From Leucoraja ocellata (taxonomy: Eukaryota), in NCBI GenBank assembly GCA_036785375.1, contig JAWMAR010000878.1:372001-436000 (forward strand): DNA of 64,000 nucleotides, written 5' to 3'. The position numbers and the translations under genes are program-made. The notes under the pieces were generated by a model that worked only from the letters and a program-made list of their open reading frames with translations, had not been told where the DNA came from and did not search any database. Of the stretch, positions 52,455 to 64,000 are shown piece by piece; position 1 is the stretch's first letter; each line of letters begins with the position of its first letter.

Positions 52455-54306
52455 CATATAATGCGTGGAATTGTTGTGGAAAATCTATTTCGACATCAAT
52501 AAGCATTTAAGCAGAAGAAAAATATAATATGAGCCAATAAATCTACTAGCGTGTATTATTGACACAGGGATTTTGCTTTGAAAGTCCATTGGTATTAAAG
52601 TGAGAGCCTAAATGCATTTGTGTTGTATTAATGTGGGTTTTTTTGTGCAAATATGCGCTTTTACAAGGTTGAACAAGTAAGGGCTTTATTCTTTGGAGCG
52701 CAGAAGGTTAAGGGGGGACTTGATAGAGGTTTTTAAAATGATGAGAGGGATAGACAGAGTTGACGTGGATAAGCTTTTCCCATTGAGAGTAGGGAAGATT
52801 CAAACAAGGGGACATGACTTGAGAATTAAGGGACAGAAGTTTAGGAGTAACTTGAGGGGGAACTTCTTTACTCAGAGCGTGGTGGCTGTGTGGAATGAGC
52901 TTCCAGTGTAGGTGGTGGAGGCAGGTTCGTTTTTATCATTTAAAAATAAATTGGATAGTTATATGGACGGGAAAGGTATGGAGGGTTATGGTCTGAACGC
53001 AGGTGTATGGGACTAGGGGAGAATACGTGTTCGGCACGGACTAGAAGGGTCGAGATGGCCTGTTTCCGTGCTGTAATTGTTATATGGTTATATGGTTTAT
53101 ATGGTTTAGCTAACCGTTCCTATTATTGTGTATTTCAAAGAATGTTTGATTGCTGGTGTGTTTAGGTGGATGTCCATGTGCTATGGGGTAAGCATGTCGT
53201 TAATTGCGTTTTATGTATGTTTCTGTGCGACCCCATAAATGATTTTATTTGTGTGCGCTTGCTGATGTTTTGTGGTGAGTAAGCTTCGTGTACATCAGAG
53301 GGAGAACTGGAAACGGACGTGGCCTTGTCTAATGCTCGAGCCGCATCTGATATTTGGATCTAAGTTTGTGTTCTCACGAGCCACTCATAGCGGTTATCCC
53401 ATCAATCGCCTGCACACATTGTGATGCCCGTTTAATAACTGAACGCCACAGCATTCTGGAGCCGGTTAAATGGCCCACTTCATGGGAACAATCTCTAATG
53501 GTGACACTCTATTCTTGTTCTTTACGTTCCACATAGTTGTACTTAGCATTACGTTGCTTTCATTGAATTGCTATCGACTGTTTCTTCTCTACGCTCCTGA
53601 ACACGTTCAGCATCATGTGCATCAAAAGAGCCATTACATTCTCTTATCATTAATATATGGATCTTCCTCTCTCATTNNNNNNNNNNNNNNNNNNNNNNNN
53701 NNNNNNNNNNNNNNNNNNNNNNNNNNNNNNNNNNNNNNNNNNNNNNNNNNNNNNNNNNNNNNNNNNNNNNNNNNNNNNNNNNNNNNNNNNNNNNNNNNNN
53801 NNNNNNNNNNGTGAGTGTGAGTGAGTGAGTGAGTGTGTGTGTGTGTGAGAGAGAGTGTGTGTGTGAGTGAGAGTGTGTGTGTGAGAGAGAGTGTGTGTGT
53901 GAGTGAGTGTGAGAGAGAGTNNNNNNNNNNNNNNNNNNNNNNNNNNNNNNNNNNNNNNNNNNNNNNNNNNNNNNNNNNNNNNNNNNNNNNNNNNNNNNNN
54001 NNNNNNNNNNNNNNNNNNNNNNNNNNNNNNNNNNNNNNNNNNNNNNNNNNNNNNNNNNNNNNNNNNNNNNNNNNNNCTGGCCAGCAAGAGCGATAATGTT
54101 GAAGTGTGTCCGCGATGCGTGCAGTGGTGCAGCTGTGACTTATCTCCAAAACCCCGACGTTACTGTGCCGTCTACATGCGTTTTCAGTAAATTGTCGCCA
54201 AGATTTTCAATATTCAACGTTAATATATAGTCATCGTTTTGACAGAATGTTTTATATAATTAATTGGGTGGCCACGTGTTCAGCTCAAGATTGGAGGTTA
54301 AAGATA

Positions 54307-54322
54307 TTTATTAGCATTTATT
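54307..54322 (-). terminator. Poly(A) signals for secreted mu mRNA
   Basis: Two AATAAA on minus strand (54307-54312, 54317-54322) just past the stop codon. Confidence 0.75.
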
Positions 54323-54349
54323 TCAGAGGAATTTGAAACTAATTCATTC

Positions 54350-54741
54350 TCATTGACATGAATTGACAGTGTCCATTAATACAAGGGAAACGTTGACAAA
54401 ACTGGGTTTACCGCTGGACTTATTGACCGTTCTGACGATGGTCTTCATGGGGAGTGCTTCGTGCCCCACTAGACAGGAGAAGGAGGCTCCGCTAGCCCAC
54501 TCCTCTGCCCCAACGGATAACAGGCTGTATGTGAAGAAGGTATCATTGCCGTTCTCCGCCTCCACCTCGGTGTTCTTGTACTTGCTCTCATCCACCCGCT
54601 TGTCATCAAGTGTCCACGTGACGAAGACCCTGCGAGGGGAGAATCCTCTCACGAAGCAGGTGAGGGTGATAGTCTTGTGGGCGGAGATTTCTTCTGTCGG
54701 CGGCAGAAGGACTGAGACGGAAGGTGGCAGCAGATGTTGAC
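54350..54741 (-). CDS. IGHM: IgM CH4 exon plus secretory tailpiece (internal donor for the membrane form after 54412)
   Basis: [18 protein letters not shown]...[10 protein letters not shown]...[11 protein letters not shown]...VNKSS|[20 protein letters not shown]; tailpiece N-V-S sequon and penultimate Cys; G|GTAAA cryptic donor. Confidence 0.97.
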
Positions 54742-55853
54742 CTAGGGAACAATTGAAATTGCGTTTATTATACAAGACGGTTAAAGCGATTAAAAGCTAA
54801 TATATCCGTGAGTAAACTGCCAACCGACAGTATTAACGGCATTGCATTCCCCTTTTGTGACTTGTCTCTTGGTTCAGACATATACACCTGAATGTGCGTC
54901 TCTCCTGTGCACGGCAGAAGATTTGTATGAATCACTTCACACACTCACAACACAAGATCAAGCCAAGCGCCCTCTCTGATCCGTATTATTTCTGATGGCC
55001 ATGGTTGACTCTGCTCCTTTTGTCATTTATTGCTAAATGCAGTTGAATGAGACGTTATCAAACCATGGCAGGAGTAGTTAGTGGATGCCAGCGGAGAATG
55101 CTGAGCGTACAAGGTGATGCTTTGTGAAGTGCATTTTCGAAATCGATGCAAATGATGGAATTGTAAAATGAATTCAGGGATCGCAGGAAACAAAGAGCAC
55201 GTCAGACAGTGTGTACGCAAAAAGAGATGCCTTTGTATGATGTGGGGAAATGACCCATTCTTAAGTTACAGAGATAATGTTGGACGGAGTTGAGAGTAAA
55301 AAGGGAATTTGGAAATGGCCATTTTGACCTGGACAATACAAGCAAAATGGAAAACAAAACACTTCTAGGCTCTTTGTCTGCGGTCTTCCTCTGTGTTATA
55401 TCTAATCCCTATGGCAAGCTTTCAGAATGGCATTCCTCCGATCGTTTGTGTAGATGCAGACCATTGGAGCCAATATTAAATGTTCTGCATTAAGTTGACG
55501 TCTTTCCGATATACGGCATTTGAAGGTTTTTGGTTTTTTTCGAATAACTCGTTTCATGTGCCTAGCTCAGAAACGGGCATTTCTGCAACTCGAGAGTATC
55601 TGCGATCTACTGACACCATCACCACATGGTAATTTGGTAGGCAAACCCATATCCCTGCAAGTTACAACACTCATTTCATGCAAAGTCATCTCGTATTCTC
55701 TCTTTTCCAGCTCTGACCAAGGACTCAGTGAAGTTTTAGCACAATTTCATTTTGCATAGATATTGCTTCGCCGACGGAGTGATCTCAATCATTTATTTTA
55801 GCTTTATCTCAGAAGAAAAGTGCACCAGTCACCTCTGGCCCACACCGGCTCAC

Positions 55854-56153
55854 CTTTCTTCCAGTTGATTCGTTCAGTTTTTGGCTTTGGCATATCAGCA
55901 TGGCTCACCACGCATTCGAAATAATCCCCACTCAGCCAGTCTTGAGTCGAAATGTTGACTTTGCTCTGTACGATATCTGCAGGTCCTGTGGGCTGGATGT
56001 ATGATACCAAAGGTACATTCCCACGTTTCCAAGATACTGTGATACCATAAGGTGCATCGGATACCAGACAGGTTAACGTCACGGTCATCTCCATTAACTC
56101 TTGTTCAACTTGTGGTGGAAGGATTGTAATACTCAGTTTGTCGCAGGAAACAT
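55854..56153 (-). CDS. IGHM: IgM CH3 exon
   Basis: DVSCDKLSITILPP...LTCLVSDAPYGITVSWKR...FECVVSHADMPKP...; AG/GTGAG boundaries, 300 nt, phase 1-1. Confidence 0.96.
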
Positions 56154-56600
56154 CTGTGGCACAATAATGAATGTGAACATAAGCATTTGCAGGAGTAACC
56201 GGGATCGAAGGTTTACACCAATCATCCGCCCCCAAAACTTGAATGTGTACATGACCCCTTCTGATTAGTGATTCTGGGAACATGGGTTCCTAAATCGTCA
56301 TGAACTGACTTTTGTCTCTGTGCAGAGAACGACACATTAAATGAAATGAGAGGTCGCATCATGGGCTATACCACGCTAGACATGCAGAGCTGGAGTACTG
56401 TAACTCAGCGGGTCAGGCACCATCTCTGCAGAAAATGAATACATGCTGTTTCTGGTCGAGACCCTCCTTTAGACTGAGAGTCTGGGTGGGGGGGGGGGGG
56501 GGGGGGGTGTAGAAGTATTAATAGGTACAAATAAAAAAACAACCCTGAGCGCTAATGTTTACACTAATATCCCGAGACACACCACGGATGTATTTCTTAC

Positions 56601-56918
56601 CTGGAGGCATACTGATGTTTTGGCTTTTCAAATCTTTTTCATGGTTGACTTGGCAGGTATAGACGAAATCTCCGAACCACTCTTCAGCTGTGAATGTCAA
56701 CTGGCTGGTCGCCGAGAAGTTACCGGTACCGTTCACCTGGAAGGCGGGAGAGGTGACGATGCCAGAATCCAATGGCTTTCCATTCTTCAGCCAGTTCACA
56801 GTAAATATGGCTGGGGTGAAATCGTTGACCAAACACACGGCGATCGCTTTTCTGCTGCGCTTAATTTCATCAAGAGCAGTTATGGTAATGGTGACGGTAG
56901 GATGATGTACCACGCGGT
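56601..56918 (-). CDS. IGHM: IgM CH2 exon
   Basis: DRVVHHPTVT...AVCLVNDFTP...VNWLKNGKPLDSG...YTCQVNH...SMPP; AG/GTAAG boundaries, 318 nt, phase 1-1. Confidence 0.96.
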
Positions 56919-57809
56919 CTGAAAGGAAATAAACTTCATTGGAATTGCTCATAAACCATCGTCGATTAATAATGACGTCCAATATTTTCACCCAAAAAAA
57001 AATATCACATTTTCTGATTAAAAGTAGCCGTCCACTCACTTGGACTTCCCGAGATGCTACTAAATTCTTTGTTTATCATGGTACATCGAGTGCTCGTAAA
57101 TGGGGAACTTATAGTTCGGTGTCGTTGTCACAGGGATGTAATGGGCCGACTTCTGCTTTTGTCCTCTGTGACTGTGTCTGTGCTTTTAATATTCTTGATA
57201 ATGTTCTCAACATGATGCACTCAGCCGCTCCGATTGTTCGCCAGTTAAAATGTAACGTATCTATGTATAGATCAGTTCCTCGCGAATTATATGGACAGGC
57301 TGGTGATGATAATAAATTGATCAGCACTCTTTTCAAACTCTCTACAAGTATTTTTTTAATGTTTTATGATTTTGTGAATGGTGAATTGTCTCGATATTTG
57401 AAGCACCGCCTTTCGTTCCGTCACAAGAACGCTTCGGTAATATGAATATCGCTCTCGCCCCTCGGTGCCTGGAAACACAACTCACCGTTTTGTCCAAACA
57501 ACAACAGCAGATGTTGTTTGATTTTTTTTTTTAAAGCGAAAGGCTGGAATAATGTGGCGGGTGGTTTAAGTGTTTTTGGTCTTTGGTGGTTATGTTGAGA
57601 ATAGAGTTTCATCCGTGTTCCAGATGTTACATCACATCTGTGGATGCAGCCACACTTACACATCCCTATATAGACATGAATTGTCTGTCTTTGACCAGGT
57701 GGATCGTGGAGCTCAGATGAGCGTTCGACATTCAGTATGACATGAAGAATAAAACCGAACAGGGCACATTAGGTCAAGTACTTATCTTCAATTGTCAAAT
57801 CCCGCGAAT

Positions 57810-58141
57810 TATATGGATTGCATCACGGCCTGGTTCGACAACTTGAACATCCAGGAGAGGAAAAGATTGCAAAAGGTTGTGACCCCTGCCCATTCCATAA
57901 CCGGCTCGGACCCTCGGACCACCGACCCCCCCCCCCCCCCCCCCCCCCCGCCCATCATCAAAAAGGCAGCCAACATCATCAGAGACCCACACCATCCTGG
58001 CTACACACTCATTTCACCACTGCCATCGGGAAGAAGGTACAGGAGCCTGAAAACTGTAACGTCTAGGTTCAGGAACAGCTTCTTCCCTACAGCCATCAGG
58101 CTATTAAACACTAGAACTTCATATCCTCTGAACTGCAATAG

Positions 58142-58177
<36 letters not shown>

Positions 58178-58290
58178 GCACTGTTATTGTTTGTTTTGAG
58201 TGTGTGTGCGTGTATACATGCAAAAATGTCATTGTTCTATCTGGGACATATGACAATAAAACATTCTTGACTCTCGACTCCCGACTCTCA
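57810..58290 (+). mobile_element. Rex1/Babar-like LINE 3' end in the CH1-CH2 intron
   Basis: CITAWF...KAANIIRDPHHPG...LPSGRRYRS...RFRNSFFPTAIRLLN; TGACAATAAA...(GACTC) tail. Confidence 0.85.
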
Positions 58291-58309
58291 ACTCCACCCC
58301 AACACGAAC

Positions 58310-58612
58310 CTGGTAGTTGTACTTTCACTTTATACTCGTTGTGGTTGTGCTGAACCACGCAGAAGATGTCACCTCCCGCTGCCGCCGCCTCGGTGATGGT
58401 TAACTCGCTGCTCCGGGTGTAAGTTCCCAACTTATTGAACACTGCCGGGTAGCCCTTCACTCCGGTCTCCAGTTTTATATCATCTTTCTTCCAAGAAACA
58501 CGGGCGCCCGCAGGGGAATAGCCCAACGCCAAACAACCATAGGTGAACGAACCACTGGAGCCTTGATCCTCGCAGGTGAAGAGAATGAAGGGACTGGGCG
58601 CGGATGGAGCCG
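58310..58612 (-). CDS. IGHM: IgM CH1 exon
   Basis: TTTGCAG acceptor; AAPSAPSPFILFTCEDQ...YGCLALGYSP...VSWKKD...DIFCVVQHNHNEYKVKVQLP; C1-set Cys/Trp/Cys plus light-chain Cys; phase 1-1, 303 nt. Confidence 0.95.
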
Positions 58613-58919
58613 CTGCAAAGCAAAGGCCACATGAATGTTAAACTCTCTCTCTCTCTCTTGTCTATTTCATGCAACTTCACCTGAGTATCACACACTATTA
58701 GTTAATCACTCCGCCTTGATCCCACCTTGGAAAACATTGGCTGAAAATGTCTTGGGTGCCAATATCTGGCAGTTACTGCCAAATGTACGCACAATTTCGA
58801 GTTGGAAATATATCGATAGGCCTCCAGTATTAATTACTGTAAAATTCCCAGGATTTCTCAGGAATTCTCAATGGCTATAACTAACGTTGGCGTATGTGTT
58901 ACAATCTCACCAAACTCCT

Positions 58920-59335
58920 TGTTGCGACTGGGGATGATGGAGCAAGGGCGGATCTACGGGATACAGTGTAGACACGTGTGAGAGTCTCGTCTATTGTAAA
59001 AGTGGAGAATACCCGCTCCCTAAAGAATGAGGACCTCAGATATCCTGGGATGGAACAACTCATCTTGGGAGCAGTTGCACGGAGATGGATGAATTTGGAA
59101 ATAGGCCATAGAATCTTTGCAGGAGGCAAGGTTGGAAGAGGTGTAGTCCTGATAGCTGTGGGAGTCCGTAGATTTGTCATTTACGTCAGTCGATAGTCTA
59201 TCTCCTGCGATGGAGACGGTGAAATCAACAAAGGGGAGGTATGTGTCGGGGATAGACCCGGGGAATTTGATCGTACGGTCAAAGTTTGTAGACAATGAAG
59301 TCGATGAGTTCTGCATGGGTACAGGAGGAAGAGTT
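58920..59335 (-). mobile_element. Degenerate Penelope RT fragment in the JH-CH1 intron
   Basis: LPFVDFTVSIAGDRLSTD..KSTDSHSY.DYTSS...CKDS, homologous to 36060-36400. Confidence 0.85.
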
Positions 59336-62300
59336 CGGGGAATCGGCCAGTCTGTGTCAGGGGTTGTCCCGTGTACCCAACTAAATGGAAATTGGTGAAA
59401 TGATGTGCAATGTTGGAAACAACATTTTCTCTGCTATTTGAATCGAACAGTTATCCCACTAATCCGTGCACAGAGTGGGAATTGAAATCAATGGTTCAAA
59501 CGAGGGTTTGACTGACGTTCAAAATTACATTTGCATTTGTTTAATTAAAATTAAATAATTTTGGTAGGTTTCGCTTGGGCCACTGAGAGTGCCCGTGGCT
59601 AAACTTTTGATTTGAAGGAAGAGGGAAGAGTTTTTGTCATAAATGGTTCAGAGATTATCCGATAAAATCAGAAACAATGGAAGGATGGCTGTGGTTTTCC
59701 ACTTCGGGTCACGAACATAATTTGGGAGAAGACAAAAAATAAACAATCACAATCTTGTTCGTGTAATTTGGCCTTAAATGTGTCCATCGAACGGAACCAA
59801 CTAAGGGGGTGGATGGGATTGAAATGGTAGCGACAAATAACACACTTCAAATGTTACTTTTTAACTGTATTTTGTTGTCCCATCACTCACGAAAATATAC
59901 CGATCATTTCTATGTCGACCGTAATTGCAAGGACATTCCAAAAAGCAAACCAGCCGGCAAGAACATCACATTCATACCAGATTAAAAACATGTATGAGAT
60001 TGCATTGGTAAGGATTAAAAAGAACTCCCTCAATATAATATCTGGATTAGTAAAGGTTATGTACCACAACATCTGGAAACTAAATGTAGCATATAAATTG
60101 TAAGAACATGTTAATTCTTCGTAATTAAATAAATTGGCACATGTTTCAAATGTTTGTCTGTGTGCATCATTGCCTCAATGAAATCAATAATAATCAATTA
60201 ACATTAATGTTGATGCAATTCAGTTCAGTTTCCAGCATCTTTAAAACGAGTTTACGCTTACAATGTGATCGGCACGGAAGAATGATTAACATTGTATCAC
60301 TGTGTTTAAGAAGGAACTGCAGATGCTGGAAAATCGAAGGTACACAAAAAAGCTGGAGAAACTCAGCGGGTGCAGCAGCATCTACGGAGCGAAGGAAAAG
60401 GGCAACGTTTCGGGCCGAAACCCTTCTTCAGACGGGTTTGTATCATTGTAAATATTGTATCACTGTCCGATAGGAAACGAATATCAAATATACCAATTAT
60501 AAATTATAACCTGCAATCTATTAAAACATATCTGAGTTTGCTTCGTGACTTTAACAGGAAAAGGCTTTCATTCATATAGAGGAAGTTTACTTAGAATAGT
60601 GAAAATGCACAATGTTGCTAAATCAATATCTTAATTAAATAAATGCAAATGTAAATTTGAACGCCACTCAAACCCTCCTTTAAGCCACGGATTTCAATTC
60701 GCACTCTGTTCAATGATTAATGGGATACCCTGTTTTGTAATTAAAATTAAGATAGCGGAGTCAGGGGATATGGGGAGAAGGCAGGAAATGGGACTGATTG
60801 GGGAAGATCAGCCATCACATTAAATGGCGGTGCTAGCTCGAAGGACCGAATGGCCTCTATTGTCTAAATTAGCAAAGAAAATTCCGTTTCCAACATTTCA
60901 TTTTTCCCAATCTCTCATTTTTTTTACCGCAACTATTCGTAAAGCGGACATTTTTCATTAGCAATTCAGTAAATAGAGGAACATTTTGTTTAAATGACAT
61001 TGGGACCCATAGACAAACACGAATTCAAATTCTCTTTCTAATAAATCCACGGATTACAAATTATTCAAGAACTGCAGCTGTTCCGAAATCTCCCCGTTTT
61101 ACATTCAACGCATTTTCCAAATGGGAAAACTCGTGATCTTTGACATAAAACAGAGAAATGGGTCATTGGGTTAGGCAGCATTTGTGGAAAGAGGAAAGCA
61201 AGCATTTGCCAGGTCGACTACCGTTGGGAGAATAAACCATGGCGAATTCAGTTTCGATTAGAGATATAGCATAGAAATAGATCCTTCTGCCAACCAAATC
61301 CACGGCGACACACATGTTCCACGTTATCGCACCCCCGACCCACCCGGGTCAATCACCCGGGTCAATTAACCTGCAAACCTGCACTATTTTGGGTTGTGGG
61401 AGGAAAGCAGAGAACCAGTAACAAACCGCAGGGAGAACGCACGGTTCTTAGTCTGCACCTGATTTCGGGAACGAAGTCGTGTCTCTGGCGCTACCAGCTG
61501 TCATTCGACTCCCCTCTATGGGATTTGTCTTTCGCCACAGGCTGCGTGACCCTCTAGGTGTTTGCAACATTTACTCTTCCTATTTATGATTTCTAATAAT
61601 TTCTATCTTTATTTTTAAACATATATCTTCTTTGCGTTTATTGAAATAACCGAATCGGACACTTCATACAACAGCAATACCCGGTCGCTGCCAATCGAAT
61701 GGAACGTACAGACACGTCCAATTGCGCACCAAATATCGTCTCCCACAATGACCGGCTGAATCATACCGCCGATGGGATCAATCGCTTAACACAAATTTGC
61801 TGAAACTCTTCACAAAAATCCAAATATCTCCGTCCAAAGACCACCGAAATTCATTGTTCCATTGACCACCGAGCCAATCATTGTTGAAATAACGAGGAAT
61901 AACACAATACACGTGGATTACATAGATAACATTTCCATATAATGTGAATTACATTCAGTTCCTCCGTCACGCTAGTTCCTCTCAGCGGGAGAAGCAGAGT
62001 TACTCCAGCTTTGTGTCAATCGGCAACATAAATCAGCATCCACAGTTCCTCCGTATTCATTGTACTTCAAGATATATAACTGACGCTGAACCTTGCTGTC
62101 TGTGTTTTGCTGCAAGAACATTTTACTTCGTCCATGCAAGTTTTGTTAGCGATTGGATTAAAGTTGGCAAGGTGATTCCACCAATTAATACATACACTTT
62201 AAAAACTTGAACATTTTACACCCAGGATTTATCCGTTTGTGTCGTTTGTTTCATATGCGCTGAGAAGAAACAAACTGAGACAAAGTACCTGCTGTTGATC

Positions 62301-62635
62301 ATAAAATACAGGTCGATGCATCGCAAATCAAGGACCACAACAATCTCAAACAATTAGAAAGCCTAGTGAAAGCAAATTGATGCTCATTTTCCCACTAATT
62401 TGGAACTTAAACCGAATCCGTTTCAGTCAAAGGATCGAAAGTCATAGCACACAAGGCAAGTTTAAATCGTGAATATCACTGCAGCGGAATCACATAACAT
62501 TCTAAAGCAACATCGATCCAACATTGCAATGAATGGGTCATTAATGTAGAAGAACAATTTAATATAATTATTGGAAATATCGAGTAAAATAACAACTGGA
62601 TACATCTAGATACTGAATAGGATGAAGTTTCTTAC

Positions 62636-62683
62636 CGTTGGTTACCGTCAACATGGTGCCTCCTCCCCAGTAGCCAAGATAGT
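62636..62683 (-). CDS. IGHJ: JH segment
   Basis: YLGYWGGGTMLTVTN (WGxG motif), phase-1 donor G|GTAAG; 5' 23-RSS at 62684-62722 (plus strand CACAGTG-23-ACAATAACA). Confidence 0.96.
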
Positions 62684-63050
62684 CACAGTGTTACATTCTA
62701 TGGGCTGCCTCACACAATAACATGATCTGCACAAGGTAGGCAAAAAAGAACAAAATTCCTGTAATTATTCGTATTTCACATCAAAGGTGAATGACTTATT
62801 GCTCTTTGAAAATAATGAATGCGTTAAATAAATCATTTCCAACAATAATCAGATACCACGGCTCCGTGTATTAAACTGGGCAGTGAAATGTGATGAGAAT
62901 TATCTACATATAAAATACAAAATTTCTTCAAGTTACCTATACAACAAAATGTGCGAAAATATTCCTGGACATGTTTATGCTCTTGTTGTATGAAATATTG
63001 AATTGAAAATATCATATACTGGCCCAGACCACCGTATTATGGGTTGTGGA

Positions 63051-63118
63051 TGTTTTTGTATTGGTAGGAACCGCTGTGCCATCCAGTATACACAGTGAAA
63101 CATACCATGTCAAATACC
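63051..63118 (-). other. IGHD: DH2 segment (coding 63079-63090, TATACTGGATGG) with 12/12 RSSs
   Basis: Minus strand: GGTATTTGA-12-CACTGTG | 12 nt | CACAGCG-12-ACAAAAACA. Confidence 0.93.
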
Positions 63119-63366
63119 TCGCTCTTCAAGAACTGGTGCATGTACTGCTCACAGACGATATGTCCCAGGGGACTCTTCGCTGTCACTTATACAGCTAAAC
63201 GCTGTTCTTCTAAAGCTCATAAAATAACGTTAATTGGTCGGAAGGCAGTTGGACATTTCTCAAAACAATCCATGTAACTTTAAACGGTGACATTTTATTT
63301 GATTTTTCTTCACTGGGCCTCTCCTACGGTGCTTGTAGGTTGGAGCAGGAGAAAACTAGGTGTCAG

Positions 63367-63445
63367 GGTTTTTGTACGGGGAAGTCGCTGTTTGTAGCAC
63401 CGTGACCCACTGTTGTACACAGTGAGACAGACCCGCACAAAAACC
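63367..63445 (-). other. IGHD: DH1 segment (coding 63405-63417, TACAACAGTGGGT) with 5' 12-RSS and 3' 22-RSS
   Basis: Minus strand: GGTTTTTGT-12-CACTGTG | 13 nt | CACGGTG-22-ACAAAAACC; this 12/22 arrangement is typical of elasmobranch D1. Confidence 0.95.
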
Positions 63446-63814
63446 TCCCATACAGTTCACACTCAGGTTTCATTTGAAACGGCCTTCGACACGATTTTAA
63501 ATGGTCCAGCAATTCACAGAGAACACAATATACACAACACCAACAATATAAATATACACAACACCAACAATCTCCCTTCATCTCACTTGCATAATGGAAT
63601 GAGCATATTTTCCTGGTCTATGGTTTTACACAACGCCTATGGGTATGCGTGAAGCGAATATAAAAAACTCACATGAATACGCTGGTTACATTTTTGAATA
63701 TCGTGTTGGATTTGCGAATGGTACTTTGCCTTCATTTCCCGACTGTTATTATAGCTGTAGGAATAATTGCTCACCTCTAGTCTTTGATGGTAAAAGCTGG
63801 ACTTCCTAACGTGC

Positions 63815-63853
63815 CGTTCTTGTACGGGTCTGACACTGAATGCTCACACTGTG
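63815..63853 (-). promoter_or_regulatory. VH 3' recombination signal sequence (23-RSS)
   Basis: CACAGTG + 23 nt spacer + ACAAGAACG on minus strand. Confidence 0.95.
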
Positions 63854-64000
63854 TCTCTCGCACAGTAATAGACAGCCGTGTCTTCGATCTTCAGGCTGCT
63901 GGCCCTCACGATGAAGATATTATTCGTTTTGTCGTTGGACGGAGTAAATCGGCTCTTTATCCCCGGAGCGAATTGCTCGTTACCAGGAGAGTGGTAGGTA
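63854..64000 (-). CDS. IGHV: Ig heavy-chain VH segment, 3' part (CDR2-FR3); continues beyond window
   Basis: Minus strand reads TYHSPGNEQFAPGIKSRFTPSNDKTNNIFIVRASSLKIEDTAVYYCAR (canonical EDTAVYYCAR), followed directly by an RSS. Confidence 0.97.

Noticed and set aside
51395-58612. IgW or IgNAR identity
   Set aside because: Four C domains with CH1, a mu-type tailpiece, conventional VH and two D segments fit IgM

Overview
Vertebrate genomic DNA from a cartilaginous fish, most likely a skate or ray (inferred from the cluster-type IgH organisation and the repeat families). The right ~13 kb (51.4-64 kb, minus strand) is a germline, unrearranged IgM heavy-chain cluster: 3' part of VH, D1, D2, JH, CH1-CH4 with secretory tailpiece, TM1 and TM2. 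All RSSs and splice phases are intact. The left ~50 kb is repeat-dense (CR1, L2, L1, Hero, Penelope, SINEs, MITEs, an LTR, a 3.4 kb satellite) and contains a ~9 kb direct segmental duplication (1-~9.8 kb vs 23.3-~31.2 kb). Hidden in that duplication are orphan exons of the N-terminal nucleoplasmic part of SUN2, with no transmembrane, coiled-coil or SUN-domain exons found; these converge on the IgM cluster. Other notable signals are about a dozen minimal hammerhead-ribozyme-like motifs in Penelope-derived tails, an inverted octamer-containing duplication in the JH-CH1 intron, and a tandemly amplified CR1-plus-minisatellite cassette. All homology calls are by eye from recalled family motifs; no database search was run.
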